From: a virus
Lineage: Duplodnaviria; Caudoviricetes
Virus record (IMG/VR): IMGVR_UViG_3300017766_001762
Location: 1-51,049 of that record
Length of the DNA: 51,049 nt
Reading direction: 5' to 3' (one strand)
Shown here: piece after piece, positions 26,907 to 36,498 of the stretch
Numbering within the stretch: the stretch's first letter is position 1
Layout: every line of letters starts with the position of its first letter
Position numbers and translations under genes: made by a program
The notes under the pieces: generated by a model
What the model saw: only the letters and a program-made list of their open reading frames with translations
What the model was told of the DNA's origin: nothing
Databases searched by the model: none

Positions 26907-26932
26907 TTGCTATCTGCTAAAGGAGAAGTGCA

Positions 26933-27499
26933 ATGCAAATCCGTTTGAAGAGTGTTCGTATCGCGTTCCCGGCGCTTGCTGAACCGGAAGCGTTTGGCGA
27001 TGGAGAGCCTGCGTATCAGGCCAAGTTTATCATCGAGCCGAAGAGCGAACAGGCAAAGCTGCTGACAACGACCCTGAAGAAGGTCGCCGAGGAGCAGTGG
27101 AAAGAGAAGGGCAAGGACGTTTTTGCCCTGCTGACGGAACAGAAAAAGGTCTGCTATGTCGAGGGGCCGTACCGCAGCAACAAGACCGGCGAGGCTTATG
27201 CCGGTTTTGAAAACAATTACTACCTGAGCGCCAGAAACGCCAAGAACCAGCCCAAGATCGTTGATAAGCACGGCATGGAGGTGTCCTCGCCGCGCGATAT
27301 CAAGAACCTGATCTACTCGGGCTGTCACGTTCATGCGATTGTCGATCTCTGGGCGCAGGATAATAAGTGGGGCCGCCGCATCAACGCCACGCTGAAAGGC
27401 GTGATGTTCGCTGCGGACGGTGAGAGCTTTGGCGGTTCTAGTGTCGCGACCGCTGACGACTTCGCCGACCTCGCTGTTAGCGCCGAGGACTTCGTTTAA
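26933..27499 (+). CDS. DUF2815 single-stranded DNA-binding protein
   Basis: VRIAFP.L, P.IVD, IYSGC.V, L.GV.F..DGE.FGG, acidic tail ending DF. Confidence 0.85.
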   Translation: MQIRLKSVRIAFPALAEPEAFGDGEPAYQAKFIIEPKSEQAKLLTTTLKKVAEEQWKEKGKDVFALLTEQKKVCYVEGPYRSNKTGEAYAGFENNYYLSARNAKNQPKIVDKHGMEVSSPRDIKNLIYSGCHVHAIVDLWAQDNKWGRRINATLKGVMFAADGESFGGSSVATADDFADLAVSAEDFV

Positions 27500-27510
27500 G
27501 GAGCACAACG

Positions 27511-27768
27511 ATGTCTAACATCGGACATAACAGCGTGGCGGCGGACCTAGTCCGTAGCTATGTGGAGCGGATAGAACGCCTCGAGGAAGAGAAGAAGGCT
27601 ATATCTGATGACATTAGCGAAATCTGCGTTGAAGCAAAAAGCGCAGGTTTCAACGCGAAGGTCATCCGCAAGCTGGTTGCGTTGCGGCGTCAAGACGAGG
27701 GCAAGCGGAAGGAAGAACAATCCATGCTTGATCTCTACGCCGCGGCGATTGGACTAGATCTCGTTTGA
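27511..27768 (+). CDS. gapR: GapR (DUF2312) nucleoid-associated protein homologue
   Basis: LVRSYVERIERLEEEKKAISDDISEI..EAKSAGF..KVIRKLVALR...EEQ..LDLY..AIG. Confidence 0.9.
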   Translation: MSNIGHNSVAADLVRSYVERIERLEEEKKAISDDISEICVEAKSAGFNAKVIRKLVALRRQDEGKRKEEQSMLDLYAAAIGLDLV

Positions 27769-27773
27769 TCTAA

Positions 27774-27810
27774 GGCCGGCAGCGGGAAGCTGCTGCCGGC
27801 CATTCTTTTC
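27774..27810 (+). terminator. Rho-independent terminator after gapR
   Basis: GGCCGGCAGC...GCTGCCGGCC followed by ATTCTTTTC. Confidence 0.7.
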
Positions 27811-27889
27811 TGGCGGGGCGCGCATCTGGTGGCGCGCGTTAAGGTGTCCCTCCAGCGCGGTCGCGTCGCCTCTTGCGCGCCCTCCCAGA
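27809..27889 (+). other. Long imperfect hairpin in the polymerase leader
   Basis: TCTGGCGGGGCGCGCA pairs with TGCGCGCCCTCCCAGA. Inner GGTGGCGCG/CGCGTCGCC. Loop region contains TCCCTCC. Confidence 0.45.
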
Positions 27890-27902
27890 GAAGAACGAGA
27901 TC

Positions 27903-29861
27903 ATGACGACACTTTGGTTAGACCTCGAAACGTATTGCGAACTGCCGATCACGGTGGGCACGCACGCCTACGCCGAGAAAGCGGAGGTGCTGCTGGCTGC
28001 CTATGCGGTAGACGACGCGGATCCCGTCGTGCTCGACCTGACGAACGGCGCTACGCTTAACGATATCCAGACGCTGATAGACAACGCCGACAAGGTCGTG
28101 ATCCACAATAGCGCGTTTGATCGGACCATCCTAAAACACCAGAATGTTCATCTGCCCGTTCAGAAAATACACGACACAATGGTGCAGGCGCTGGCGCACA
28201 GTCTGCCGGGATCGCTTGGGGCGTTATGCCAGACCCTTGGTGTGCCGGTCGACCAGAGCAAGGACGTCGCGGGCAAGAAACTAATTCAGCTTTTTACCAA
28301 GCCGAGGCCAAAGGCGCAGAAGCTGCGCCGGGCGACACGCGAGACACACCCGGACGAGTGGCGGGCCTTCTCGGATTACGCCGCCCGCGACATTCTCGCG
28401 ATGCGCGCCGTGAGCCTGAAGCTGCCGAAGTGGAACCTTGCCGCCTTCGAGCGCGCCGTCTGGGAGGCCGATCAGGCCGTAAATGATCGCGGCATCGCTG
28501 TGGATCTTGATCTGGCCCACGGGGCACTACGAGCATTCCGTAGTGAAGCCCAGCGGCTGGCGGTTCAGATGTTCGATCTGACAGGGGGCCGGGTCGTGAG
28601 TGCGACGAAGCGCGATAAGCTGTTAGAACACCTCGTCGGGGCGCACGGTCTTACGCTTGAGAGCCTCACCAAAGGCGACGTCGACGCTATTTTGAAAGAC
28701 GCTGGCACCGGCACAGAGGTCCGCGCCCTTTTGAAAAACAGACAACAGGCGTCGGCAACCAGCCCCGCGAAATACAGCGCGCTGATTAAAGGAACGTCGA
28801 GCGATGGGCGCCTGCGCGGCACATTGCAGTATTGCGGGGCTGGCCGCACCGGGCGGTGGGGCGGTCGGCTTTTCCAGCCGCAGAACCTGCCGCGCCCGAC
28901 GCTGTCCGTCACGCAGATTGAGAATGGTATCCGCGCGATGAAGGCGGGCTGCGAAGACCTTTTGGTCGCCAACGTGTCCCAGCTCTGTTCGAGCGCTGTG
29001 CGCGGCGCGCTGATTGCGGCGCCGGGCCGGAAGTTGGTTGTTGCGGATCTGGCGAATATCGAAGGCCGAATGCTCGCATGGCTGGCGGGCGAGGAGTGGA
29101 AGTTGCAGGCGTTTCGTGATGTCGACAGGGGCGTGGGGCATGATCTCTATGTGCTCGCGTACTCACGCTCGTTCGGCGTCACCCCCGAGGCGGTGCTCAA
29201 GAACAAGAAATCGGGCGACGGCAGGATGAGGCAGATCGGCAAGGTGCAGGAGCTGGCGCTCGGCTATCAGGGCGGCGCCGGGGCGTTTCTGTCGATGGCT
29301 GGAATTTACGGCATTGTGTTGAGCGAGACGGAAGTCGCGGAGATCGTGAAGGCGTGGCGCAAGGCGCACCCCGCGACTACCCGGTTCTGGTACGATGTGG
29401 AACACGCCGCGAGGCGCGCTGTGCGGGGCGCGGGCGATGTCTTCAGCGTCGAGGCCGTCCGTTTTGACGTCCGGGACGGGTGGCTCAGGATCCGCCTGCC
29501 TTCGGGCCGCTATCTTTGCTACCCAGAGGTCGCCGCGGGGGATGACGGGCGCCTCACCTACATGGGCACGAACCAGTATACGAGGAGGTGGGAACGTCTC
29601 GAGACTTATGGCGGAAAGCTGGTCGAGAATATCGTGCAGGCCGCCTCGCGCGATGTCCTCGCGCATGGGCTTCTGGGCGCGGAGAAGGCAGGCTATCAGG
29701 TCTGCCTGCACGTTCACGACGAGCTGATCACAGAGACGCCGGATAAACCTGATTATACGGCTGAAGGGCTTGAGCAGATCATGGCGACGAACCCCCCGTG
29801 GTCTCTAGGCCTGCCCCTCGCAGCCGCTGGCTACGAGGCCTACCGCTACAGGAAGGATTAG
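27903..29861 (+). CDS. polA: Family A DNA polymerase with 3'-5' exonuclease (APSE/SPO2 type)
   Basis: DLET, HNSAFDR (exonuclease). RTGRWGG, ADLANIEGR (A), RQIGKVQELALGY (B), HVHDE (C). Confidence 0.95.
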   Translation: MTTLWLDLETYCELPITVGTHAYAEKAEVLLAAYAVDDADPVVLDLTNGATLNDIQTLIDNADKVVIHNSAFDRTILKHQNVHLPVQKIHDTMVQALAHSLPGSLGALCQTLGVPVDQSKDVAGKKLIQLFTKPRPKAQKLRRATRETHPDEWRAFSDYAARDILAMRAVSLKLPKWNLAAFERAVWEADQAVNDRGIAVDLDLAHGALRAFRSEAQRLAVQMFDLTGGRVVSATKRDKLLEHLVGAHGLTLESLTKGDVDAILKDAGTGTEVRALLKNRQQASATSPAKYSALIKGTSSDGRLRGTLQYCGAGRTGRWGGRLFQPQNLPRPTLSVTQIENGIRAMKAGCEDLLVANVSQLCSSAVRGALIAAPGRKLVVADLANIEGRMLAWLAGEEWKLQAFRDVDRGVGHDLYVLAYSRSFGVTPEAVLKNKKSGDGRMRQIGKVQELALGYQGGAGAFLSMAGIYGIVLSETEVAEIVKAWRKAHPATTRFWYDVEHAARRAVRGAGDVFSVEAVRFDVRDGWLRIRLPSGRYLCYPEVAAGDDGRLTYMGTNQYTRRWERLETYGGKLVENIVQAASRDVLAHGLLGAEKAGYQVCLHVHDELITETPDKPDYTAEGLEQIMATNPPWSLGLPLAAAGYEAYRYRKD

Positions 29862-29863
29862 CT

Positions 29864-30163
29864 GTGACGCCGGAAGGGAAGATCGAGGCATACCTAAAGC
29901 GCCGTGTCGAACAGACCCACGGCCAGATACGCAAGCTCGCGTGGCTGGGGCGCCGTGGCGCGCCTGACCGCATGATCTGGTGGAAGGGGCCTTGGGGCCC
30001 CCTGCTGGCCTTTGTTGAGGTCAAGGCCCCCAACGGGAAGGCGACGACGCTACAGAAGCGCGAGCACGCCCGGATGCGCGCCGCTGGTTTCAACGTCTAT
30101 GTCGTGGCGTCTGAGGAGGCCGTAGAGGCCTTTCTGACCGAGATGCTGGTGTCGCCCCAGTGA
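29864..30163 (+). CDS. VRR-NUC domain nuclease
   Basis: E..IE..L, GAPDR, FVEVKAP.GK...LQ. Confidence 0.9.
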   Translation: MTPEGKIEAYLKRRVEQTHGQIRKLAWLGRRGAPDRMIWWKGPWGPLLAFVEVKAPNGKATTLQKREHARMRAAGFNVYVVASEEAVEAFLTEMLVSPQ

Positions 30164-31518
30164 GCCAGCATTTCACCCCCCACGACTATCAGAAGGGCGC
30201 TATACGGCACCTGTACGAGAAGCGCCGCGCCGCGCTCTGGATGCCGATGGGCGGCGGGAAGACGGTGTCGACCCTCACGGCCCTCGTCGATCTGGACCTC
30301 GTTGAGGACGTTTTCCCGGTGCTGGTGCTGGCGCCCCTGCGCGTCGCCCAGACGACGTGGCCCCAAGAAGTCACGAAGTGGCAGCATCTGGAGCACCTGC
30401 GCGTGTCCGTCATTACAGGCAGCGCCAAGGCGCGGGAGGCGGCGCTCAAGGCGCCAGCGGACGTCTACACGATGAACTATGACAATCTCCAATGGCTGCT
30501 GGCGGAGCTGGGCGGGGCGTGGCCGTTCAAAACCGTGATCGCGGACGAGTTCACCCGGCTGAAGTCATTCCGCCTGCGGCAAGGCTCGAAGCGGGCGCGG
30601 GCGCTTGGGTCTGTGGCCCATACGAAGATCAACCGCTTCATCGGCTTGACGGGGACGCCGAGCCCAAACGGGCTGTCTGATCTCTGGGGGCAGACGTGGT
30701 TTCTGGATCAGGGCCTGCGGCTGGGCCGCACGTTCAGCGCGTTCTCTGACCGCTGGTTCCGCACCGGCTATGACGGCTACAGCCTGCAGCCGATGCTCTA
30801 CGCGCAGGAAGAGATCGAGGGCAAGCTGCGCGATATCTGTTTGACAGTGAACGCGCTGCCGGTCGATGAGCCGATTGCGAACCAGCTTCGCGTTGAGCTG
30901 CCGGACGGCGCCAAGCGCCAATACGAGAGCATGGAACGAGAGATGTTTGCGAGCCTCGGTCATGGCGAGGAGATCGAGGCCCTGAACGCTGCGGCAAAAA
31001 CCATGAAGTGCTTGCAGCTCGCCAACGGCGCCGCTTATGTTGACGAGGCGCATAACTGGGTCGAGGTCCATAGAGAGAAGCTGGACGCGCTTGAGAGCGT
31101 GATCGAGGAGGCCGCCGGGGCCCCGGTGCTTGTCGCATACCACTTCAAGAGCGACCTTGCCCGGCTCCAGAAGGCGTTTCCGAAGGGGCGCGTGCTGGAC
31201 AAGAACCCGAAGACTATCGCCGATTGGAACGCGGGCAAGATCCAGCTTCTCTTCGCGCACCCGGCATCAGCAGGCCACGGGCTGAACCTCGCGGAAGGCG
31301 GGAACATTCTTGTCTTCTTCAGCCTGAACTGGAACCTCGAGGAGCACATGCAGATCATCGAGCGCATCGGCCCTTTGAGACAAAAACAGGCCGGGATAAA
31401 CCGGCCTGTCTTCGTCCATTACATTCTTGCGGGTGATACGGTTGACGATCTTATTTTAGAACGGTTACGATCTAAACGCAGTGTGCAAGAGATCTTGCTT
31501 GAAGCTATGAAGCGTTAA
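30160..31518 (+). CDS. SNF2-family helicase
   Basis: HDYQ, MGGGKT, APLRV, ADE, LTGTP, SAGHGLNL. Confidence 0.9.
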   Translation: MSQHFTPHDYQKGAIRHLYEKRRAALWMPMGGGKTVSTLTALVDLDLVEDVFPVLVLAPLRVAQTTWPQEVTKWQHLEHLRVSVITGSAKAREAALKAPADVYTMNYDNLQWLLAELGGAWPFKTVIADEFTRLKSFRLRQGSKRARALGSVAHTKINRFIGLTGTPSPNGLSDLWGQTWFLDQGLRLGRTFSAFSDRWFRTGYDGYSLQPMLYAQEEIEGKLRDICLTVNALPVDEPIANQLRVELPDGAKRQYESMEREMFASLGHGEEIEALNAAAKTMKCLQLANGAAYVDEAHNWVEVHREKLDALESVIEEAAGAPVLVAYHFKSDLARLQKAFPKGRVLDKNPKTIADWNAGKIQLLFAHPASAGHGLNLAEGGNILVFFSLNWNLEEHMQIIERIGPLRQKQAGINRPVFVHYILAGDTVDDLILERLRSKRSVQEILLEAMKR

Positions 31519-31520
31519 AA

Positions 31521-32954
31521 CTAATCGGCGAGCGAGGGCCTCGCCATAAAACTACGACGAACAGGCACGTCCAGAATTTCTGCTATGCGCCTGCGCGCTT
31601 CATCCGGCGTCAAAGATGTACGCCAGATATCTGCTATAGCCCGTTTAAGCCCCGACGTCTTTCCTGCGCGGCCCCATAAATCGCGCACGCCCGACCAAGT
31701 TACCGATTGTGCTTCTCGGGGAAGCATACCCAGTTCTGAAGCCGCTAACGTGTGCATGTCGGAAAGAGGCCCATAAAGACCCTTGCTGCCTGTTCTATCG
31801 GACTTTCCCGCCGCTACAGGGAGCCGGGTGTCCGGTCTGCCCAGTCCCATCGCCCGGTACGCTATTGGATCATTTTGGCCTGCGGGAAAGAGCCCGGGGG
31901 CTCCAGACGAGTGTGTGTCAATAGTAGATATGGGGAGCCGGGCGAAATCGGGCAACGCAATGTTATCGTAGAACGAAGGCACTTTGCCGCCACCGCTCAA
32001 GATCGAAGATATGTTTTCTATCGATGGGTTTTCCAAAATACCCAAAGCACCGCGCATAAGTGGAGCGCCGGGCCACGTTATGGTCGAAATGCGGTTTCCA
32101 TAATCACCAGACGGCAACACTTCAGGAACGCCCGGATCGTTTCTTGAGGCATCGGCAAGAACGATACGCGCCATTCTCTGCGGGTCGGCTAGTTCGCCCA
32201 TAGGCGTGTCCATTATATTCTGTAAAACCGCATCGGGAAGCGCGGCTACAACCCCGGGGCTTCGTGTTTCGCGTTTTCCTCTTGCCCACTGTAAAGCGCG
32301 ATTGCGATCTACCGCGAAGTCGTCGCTTGCCATGTCAAAAAGTCTGTTGGCACGAGCGACATTTACGTTCCAATCGGTTTGCGGGGAGAACGCGGCGGTC
32401 ACACCGTACCCAGCTTGCCGCGGGTATCCGTATCTTTCTGCTAAATCCCCGGCAAGACGGTTTGCGGTTTCGTACCAATGTCTTGTTTCTGCAACGCGAC
32501 CCGGCGGCATAAGATCTTGGACAATGAAATTAAGATTGTCTGCTCCGCGCCTAACGCCCATTTCATAGATTTTATGCGGGGGCAAGGAGGAGAGACCTGA
32601 CATAAAAGGTTCTTCGGCGAGTAGTTGCATGTTTTTGTTAAACAACGCCGGAGCCCGCATCAAATCCGCGCCGCTTTGCACCAAGATTTCGGCGTTGGGA
32701 TCTCCCTCTACGGGGTAGTTTGGCGCTGTCGGTCTGCGAGTACTAATGAGTAGAGACTCATCTACGTCAGACGACGCTGGCGCAGATCTCCTTACTGCCA
32801 GATCCGTTCCCGGCGCGGCTATGAACGTCTCGGGCTGCGCTCCGGGCGCAGAGCGCTCTACCGCAAGGGCTTCACGGAGCGCGGCGCGTTCAAGCGCGTT
32901 CTCCATGATCTCGTCGGCGGCGGAACGAATTACGCGTCGCGAGCCTCTAGCCAT
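31521..32954 (-). CDS. Putative injected protein with a DNA-glycosylase-like (DUF7178/HhH-like) domain
   Basis: WY...A..LA..YG...AA.SPQ..W..N, KV.SFY.NI, TIDTH, EAQSVTW...R. Last gene of the ejection block. Confidence 0.5.
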   Translation of the reverse strand: MARGSRRVIRSAADEIMENALERAALREALAVERSAPGAQPETFIAAPGTDLAVRRSAPASSDVDESLLISTRRPTAPNYPVEGDPNAEILVQSGADLMRAPALFNKNMQLLAEEPFMSGLSSLPPHKIYEMGVRRGADNLNFIVQDLMPPGRVAETRHWYETANRLAGDLAERYGYPRQAGYGVTAAFSPQTDWNVNVARANRLFDMASDDFAVDRNRALQWARGKRETRSPGVVAALPDAVLQNIMDTPMGELADPQRMARIVLADASRNDPGVPEVLPSGDYGNRISTITWPGAPLMRGALGILENPSIENISSILSGGGKVPSFYDNIALPDFARLPISTIDTHSSGAPGLFPAGQNDPIAYRAMGLGRPDTRLPVAAGKSDRTGSKGLYGPLSDMHTLAASELGMLPREAQSVTWSGVRDLWGRAGKTSGLKRAIADIWRTSLTPDEARRRIAEILDVPVRRSFMARPSLAD

Positions 32955-32955
32955 T

Positions 32956-34560
32956 TTATTTAACCCTGCTTCTTACTGTTCCAATCTCCGAAGACCTGCG
33001 CCGCGCGGTGGATAGCGCGTCTTCTAGCGTGTTAAATACGCCGACCTCGCTGTTCTTACCGGCTTGCCACAGGCGGATCGCCTCTTCTTCAGAACGCTGT
33101 CTTCCGCCAACGATTGTCGGGATATTAAAGAACCGTCCGTCTGCCTCGATCGTTATAGTCCTTTCGGTCGAGAAAGAGCCGTCTGGGTTGTCGAGGATCG
33201 GTCTGGTCGTGTCTATCTGAGCGCCGATATCCGATTGCGGGCGCACGGCAAAGTCGCTTGATCCAACCCCGCCGCCCTCGCGGTAGCGGCGACGTATCTC
33301 AAGAATATCTGGATCAAAGACAACGTAGTTGCTTGGTTTATCACCACTCCGGGTTATTCCCATTTCTCTATAACGGATGCCGGGGTATCCGCTATTTTTA
33401 AGAAATTCACTGAACCCCATGTCGTCTGTTAATTTTCCGTAATCACTCAATGCAGAATGTAAATCCCCCACGGTGGCCCGATAACCCGGCTGCTCAGTGC
33501 CGCCTAGCCACTTTTCTAACATCACTCGCGTTCGCGTCCCTTCTTTTAGGCGGCTTAAGTCTGCGCCTCTAGCGAAGTCTTGCAGCGAACGATGTTGGTC
33601 AGAAAGTGGTGCGTTTAGATCAGCAAAAGCCCCTTTATCCGCATTGATGTTGACCTCGTATAAATGCCCCGGAAGCGTAACGTCTGGGAGTTCGGCGGAG
33701 CTGAGTAAGACGTCAGCCGCCCTACTGCGCCCACCAAATTGTCTTAAAACATAATCCGCTGCCGCAGCCCTGTCCCCGCCATACCTAGCAGCCTCAAACG
33801 CTGCGGCTTCTATGGGGTTATCCCAATCAATTTCTCGTCCGTTAATCAGGACGTCCCCGACATCTTCACCTAATAGGCGCTTCATGGCGGAAATACTGGT
33901 TTGATAGCCGCGACCGATGGCGCTGTCCTCGCTAAGATATATCCCGCGTCCGAATCCTTGGTTCCCCTCGCCCGTTCCTATTTTGTTTATATCAAAACGA
34001 TCAAACGCATAGGGCGAGCCGTGATAGGCACGGATAGGATCTGAGACGCGCCCCACAGCAAAATTAGACACCGCGGGCGCCGCCGCTTCCGCCGCCTCAG
34101 TCGCCGCACGCGCGCCAGCACGCACTGCGGGGCGTGTCTTGTTCCCCACGCCCGGAACCGCGAAAGAGGCAAGACTTACAGCCGCAAGCTGCTCAAGCTG
34201 GTTGGCCTCTTCCGGCATGCCCATATCGCGTAGCGTGGCGGCGTTGCTGCGTATCTCGCCGAGATCTGCGGCCATGCCGGGTACGTTAAACGTCTCAAGC
34301 ATGCTCTGCATCGGGTCCGACACCAAACCAGATGCGACGTCGACCGCAAAGCCGCCTACGTCTCCGGCGATCTCAGGCAGCGAGCGATTGGATAAGTACC
34401 CAGCGACTGTACCGGGGATGCTCGCGAGACCGCCTAGCAGCGCCCCTGAGTTCTGGAACATCGAGCTAATGTTCGCCGGCAGGCTCTCAACGTCGCGAAC
34501 GTAGTCACCCTTGAGCTGACGCTCAAGGTCGGCCAAACGGACTGGACGCGCATTAGCCAT
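32956..34560 (-). CDS. Putative injected polyvalent-type protein with ADP-ribosyltransferase-like domain
   Basis: AYHGS...FD...GTGEG...FG.GIYL.E...LYEV...GYPGIRY...YVVFDP. Extra C-terminal N.DGS.STER.IT...IPT module. Confidence 0.7.
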   Translation of the reverse strand: MANARPVRLADLERQLKGDYVRDVESLPANISSMFQNSGALLGGLASIPGTVAGYLSNRSLPEIAGDVGGFAVDVASGLVSDPMQSMLETFNVPGMAADLGEIRSNAATLRDMGMPEEANQLEQLAAVSLASFAVPGVGNKTRPAVRAGARAATEAAEAAAPAVSNFAVGRVSDPIRAYHGSPYAFDRFDINKIGTGEGNQGFGRGIYLSEDSAIGRGYQTSISAMKRLLGEDVGDVLINGREIDWDNPIEAAAFEAARYGGDRAAAADYVLRQFGGRSRAADVLLSSAELPDVTLPGHLYEVNINADKGAFADLNAPLSDQHRSLQDFARGADLSRLKEGTRTRVMLEKWLGGTEQPGYRATVGDLHSALSDYGKLTDDMGFSEFLKNSGYPGIRYREMGITRSGDKPSNYVVFDPDILEIRRRYREGGGVGSSDFAVRPQSDIGAQIDTTRPILDNPDGSFSTERTITIEADGRFFNIPTIVGGRQRSEEEAIRLWQAGKNSEVGVFNTLEDALSTARRRSSEIGTVRSRVK

Positions 34561-36498
34561 TTACGGGGCTCTTAGCTCGGTGGGCGCTACGCTGCTTTCT
34601 TCGGCGGGCTGCTCCGCCTCTGTCTCTTCTTCCTCTGGCGGCAAGAAGGCAGCAGGGTTTTCTATGATCAATTGAAGATCTTCGTCGGATATGCCGTCAA
34701 AGATATTCGGGGCCTCTGCCGGCGCGGGCTGGTTCGCGTATCTGGACCGCAATTCTTCCATCGCGGCGTTACGCAGATTTTCTGTAACGACGCCCATCTC
34801 TGTTGCGCCAAGCGCAAGAGCAGGGCCTTGCGCGCCCAAGAAATCAGACACGGCTCCGCGAGCTTGTCCTGTCAATCTCGCGCCTCGCCCAACGACTTGA
34901 GGCGACGCAAGAGCGGGCGCGGCCCCCAACAGATATGTTGGGTCCATAGTTAATAGCGCTGTCATAGGCGCGCCAATGCTTGCGCCTCTTTGAGCCAGTT
35001 GCGCCGTGAGCCCGCGAGGTTCTGGTGAGGACAACGCCTGCCCAGCAAGCATATAAGGAACTTCTTCTCCGCCATATTTACCAAGAAGATCCATGAGGCT
35101 TTGTCTGTAGCCAAAATTCGTATTTGCGTTATTGCGCGTGACAGATTGTAATTTACGCAGTGCAGTGTCTACGCTCGTATTGTTTCCAAGACTTAGCGCT
35201 GTTTGAAGTTCATCGATTACGTCGCTCAGATCCTCATAATTAGACATAACCCTCGCGTAATCAGGCGCCTGCTCATTTATGATGCCGCGCACCGTCCTGC
35301 TCGCCTCGGTGGCGACGCTTCTGGGGACGGAGCCCGGCTCGTAGCCCTTACCGATGTTGTAGATCGCCTGCTTAAGTCTATCCAAAGCCTCAATGGTTCT
35401 CCCCTCGTCACCGAGCGCCTTAAATTCGTTTATCTTTGCGTAAATGTCCTGCCACACTTTTTCGGAAGCAGGGTTTATATCCACGCCCCTGTACGACCCT
35501 CTGCCGTAAAGGTTTCCCATAGCTTCATCTATCTTAGTCATATCTAAGACAGTCGGATCGCTTGTGACGGGGGCGATGTCGGTTGTGTAGCGCTCGCGGC
35601 GTTCGTTATAAATGTTTCCGAGAGCTTTTCTCGCCGCTTCAAGAGGTTCCGTGACAGGAGCTTCTCCACTCAGGTGCCTCTCAACCGCAGCACCTAATTT
35701 TGCGTTTGCAGTAGCGGCTCTTCTTATGTCTGAGGCTGAAACGCCAGTCACCGCCGTGAGCGGCAACAAAGGCAAGTCTCTTAAAGCGCGTACAGGCGCA
35801 GTGACGGCCCGCCCGACCGGAGTAGCCGCTGCGCCGCGTATCGCTTGAGCGCCAAGATTTACGGGATTTACTAGATCGCCAGTCAGACGAGTCGCCCGCC
35901 CAATCCTCCCAAGCGCGCCCGGCGCTCTGGCCGCAGCCGTACCCCCACCAGTAAGCACCATAGATAAGTCGGCGAGCGCGCCTACCGGGTCTTCTACTAC
36001 AGTTCTCTCGATGTTTTCTAAACTGCCATATCTGTCGGCAAAAAACTCGCCGACGGCATTCGCTGTTTTTTCGTCATAATCCATGACGCCAAGTTTGCTT
36101 AACACCCCACCGCCAAGATCCACCATCGTGTTGAAAGTCTGTATGGGATGGATAATCGGCGTTATAAGGCCTTCCACCACACCAGCAGCACTAGCCGGAA
36201 TATTACGCAGCATCTGCTGCATGCGGCCTTGCGGGGTGTACGCAAATATCTCTGCGTCCGTAGGAGGCCGCTGCGGCGTTGCAGGCGGGGGCGCGGCAGT
36301 CGGGGCTACAGGCGCTCTAGCCGCGCGTTCAGCCTGAAGAAGCTGCGCTTGTTCTTCCGAATATGGGGGCGCAAAGCGCGACGGAATGCGCGTTTGCGCT
36401 TCTATCTGGCTTGTCAGCTCTTCCGGCGTAAGACCCTCGGGGGCTTGTATTTCATAATCGTTGCCGCCGTATCTTACGGTGTAAATGACATCCGCCAT
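34561..36498 (-). CDS. Putative DNA ejection/transfer protein
   Basis: Large A/G-rich helical protein. N-terminal YEIQAPEG domain, C-terminal SP..VG motif. In the ejection block. Confidence 0.6.
   Translation of the reverse strand: MADVIYTVRYGGNDYEIQAPEGLTPEELTSQIEAQTRIPSRFAPPYSEEQAQLLQAERAARAPVAPTAAPPPATPQRPPTDAEIFAYTPQGRMQQMLRNIPASAAGVVEGLITPIIHPIQTFNTMVDLGGGVLSKLGVMDYDEKTANAVGEFFADRYGSLENIERTVVEDPVGALADLSMVLTGGGTAAARAPGALGRIGRATRLTGDLVNPVNLGAQAIRGAAATPVGRAVTAPVRALRDLPLLPLTAVTGVSASDIRRAATANAKLGAAVERHLSGEAPVTEPLEAARKALGNIYNERRERYTTDIAPVTSDPTVLDMTKIDEAMGNLYGRGSYRGVDINPASEKVWQDIYAKINEFKALGDEGRTIEALDRLKQAIYNIGKGYEPGSVPRSVATEASRTVRGIINEQAPDYARVMSNYEDLSDVIDELQTALSLGNNTSVDTALRKLQSVTRNNANTNFGYRQSLMDLLGKYGGEEVPYMLAGQALSSPEPRGLTAQLAQRGASIGAPMTALLTMDPTYLLGAAPALASPQVVGRGARLTGQARGAVSDFLGAQGPALALGATEMGVVTENLRNAAMEELRSRYANQPAPAEAPNIFDGISDEDLQLIIENPAAFLPPEEEETEAEQPAEESSVAPTELRAP

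Noticed and set aside
31500-31540. Bidirectional terminator at the convergence of the two arms
   Set aside because: The stops are only 2 bp apart and no convincing hairpin with a U-tract was found.
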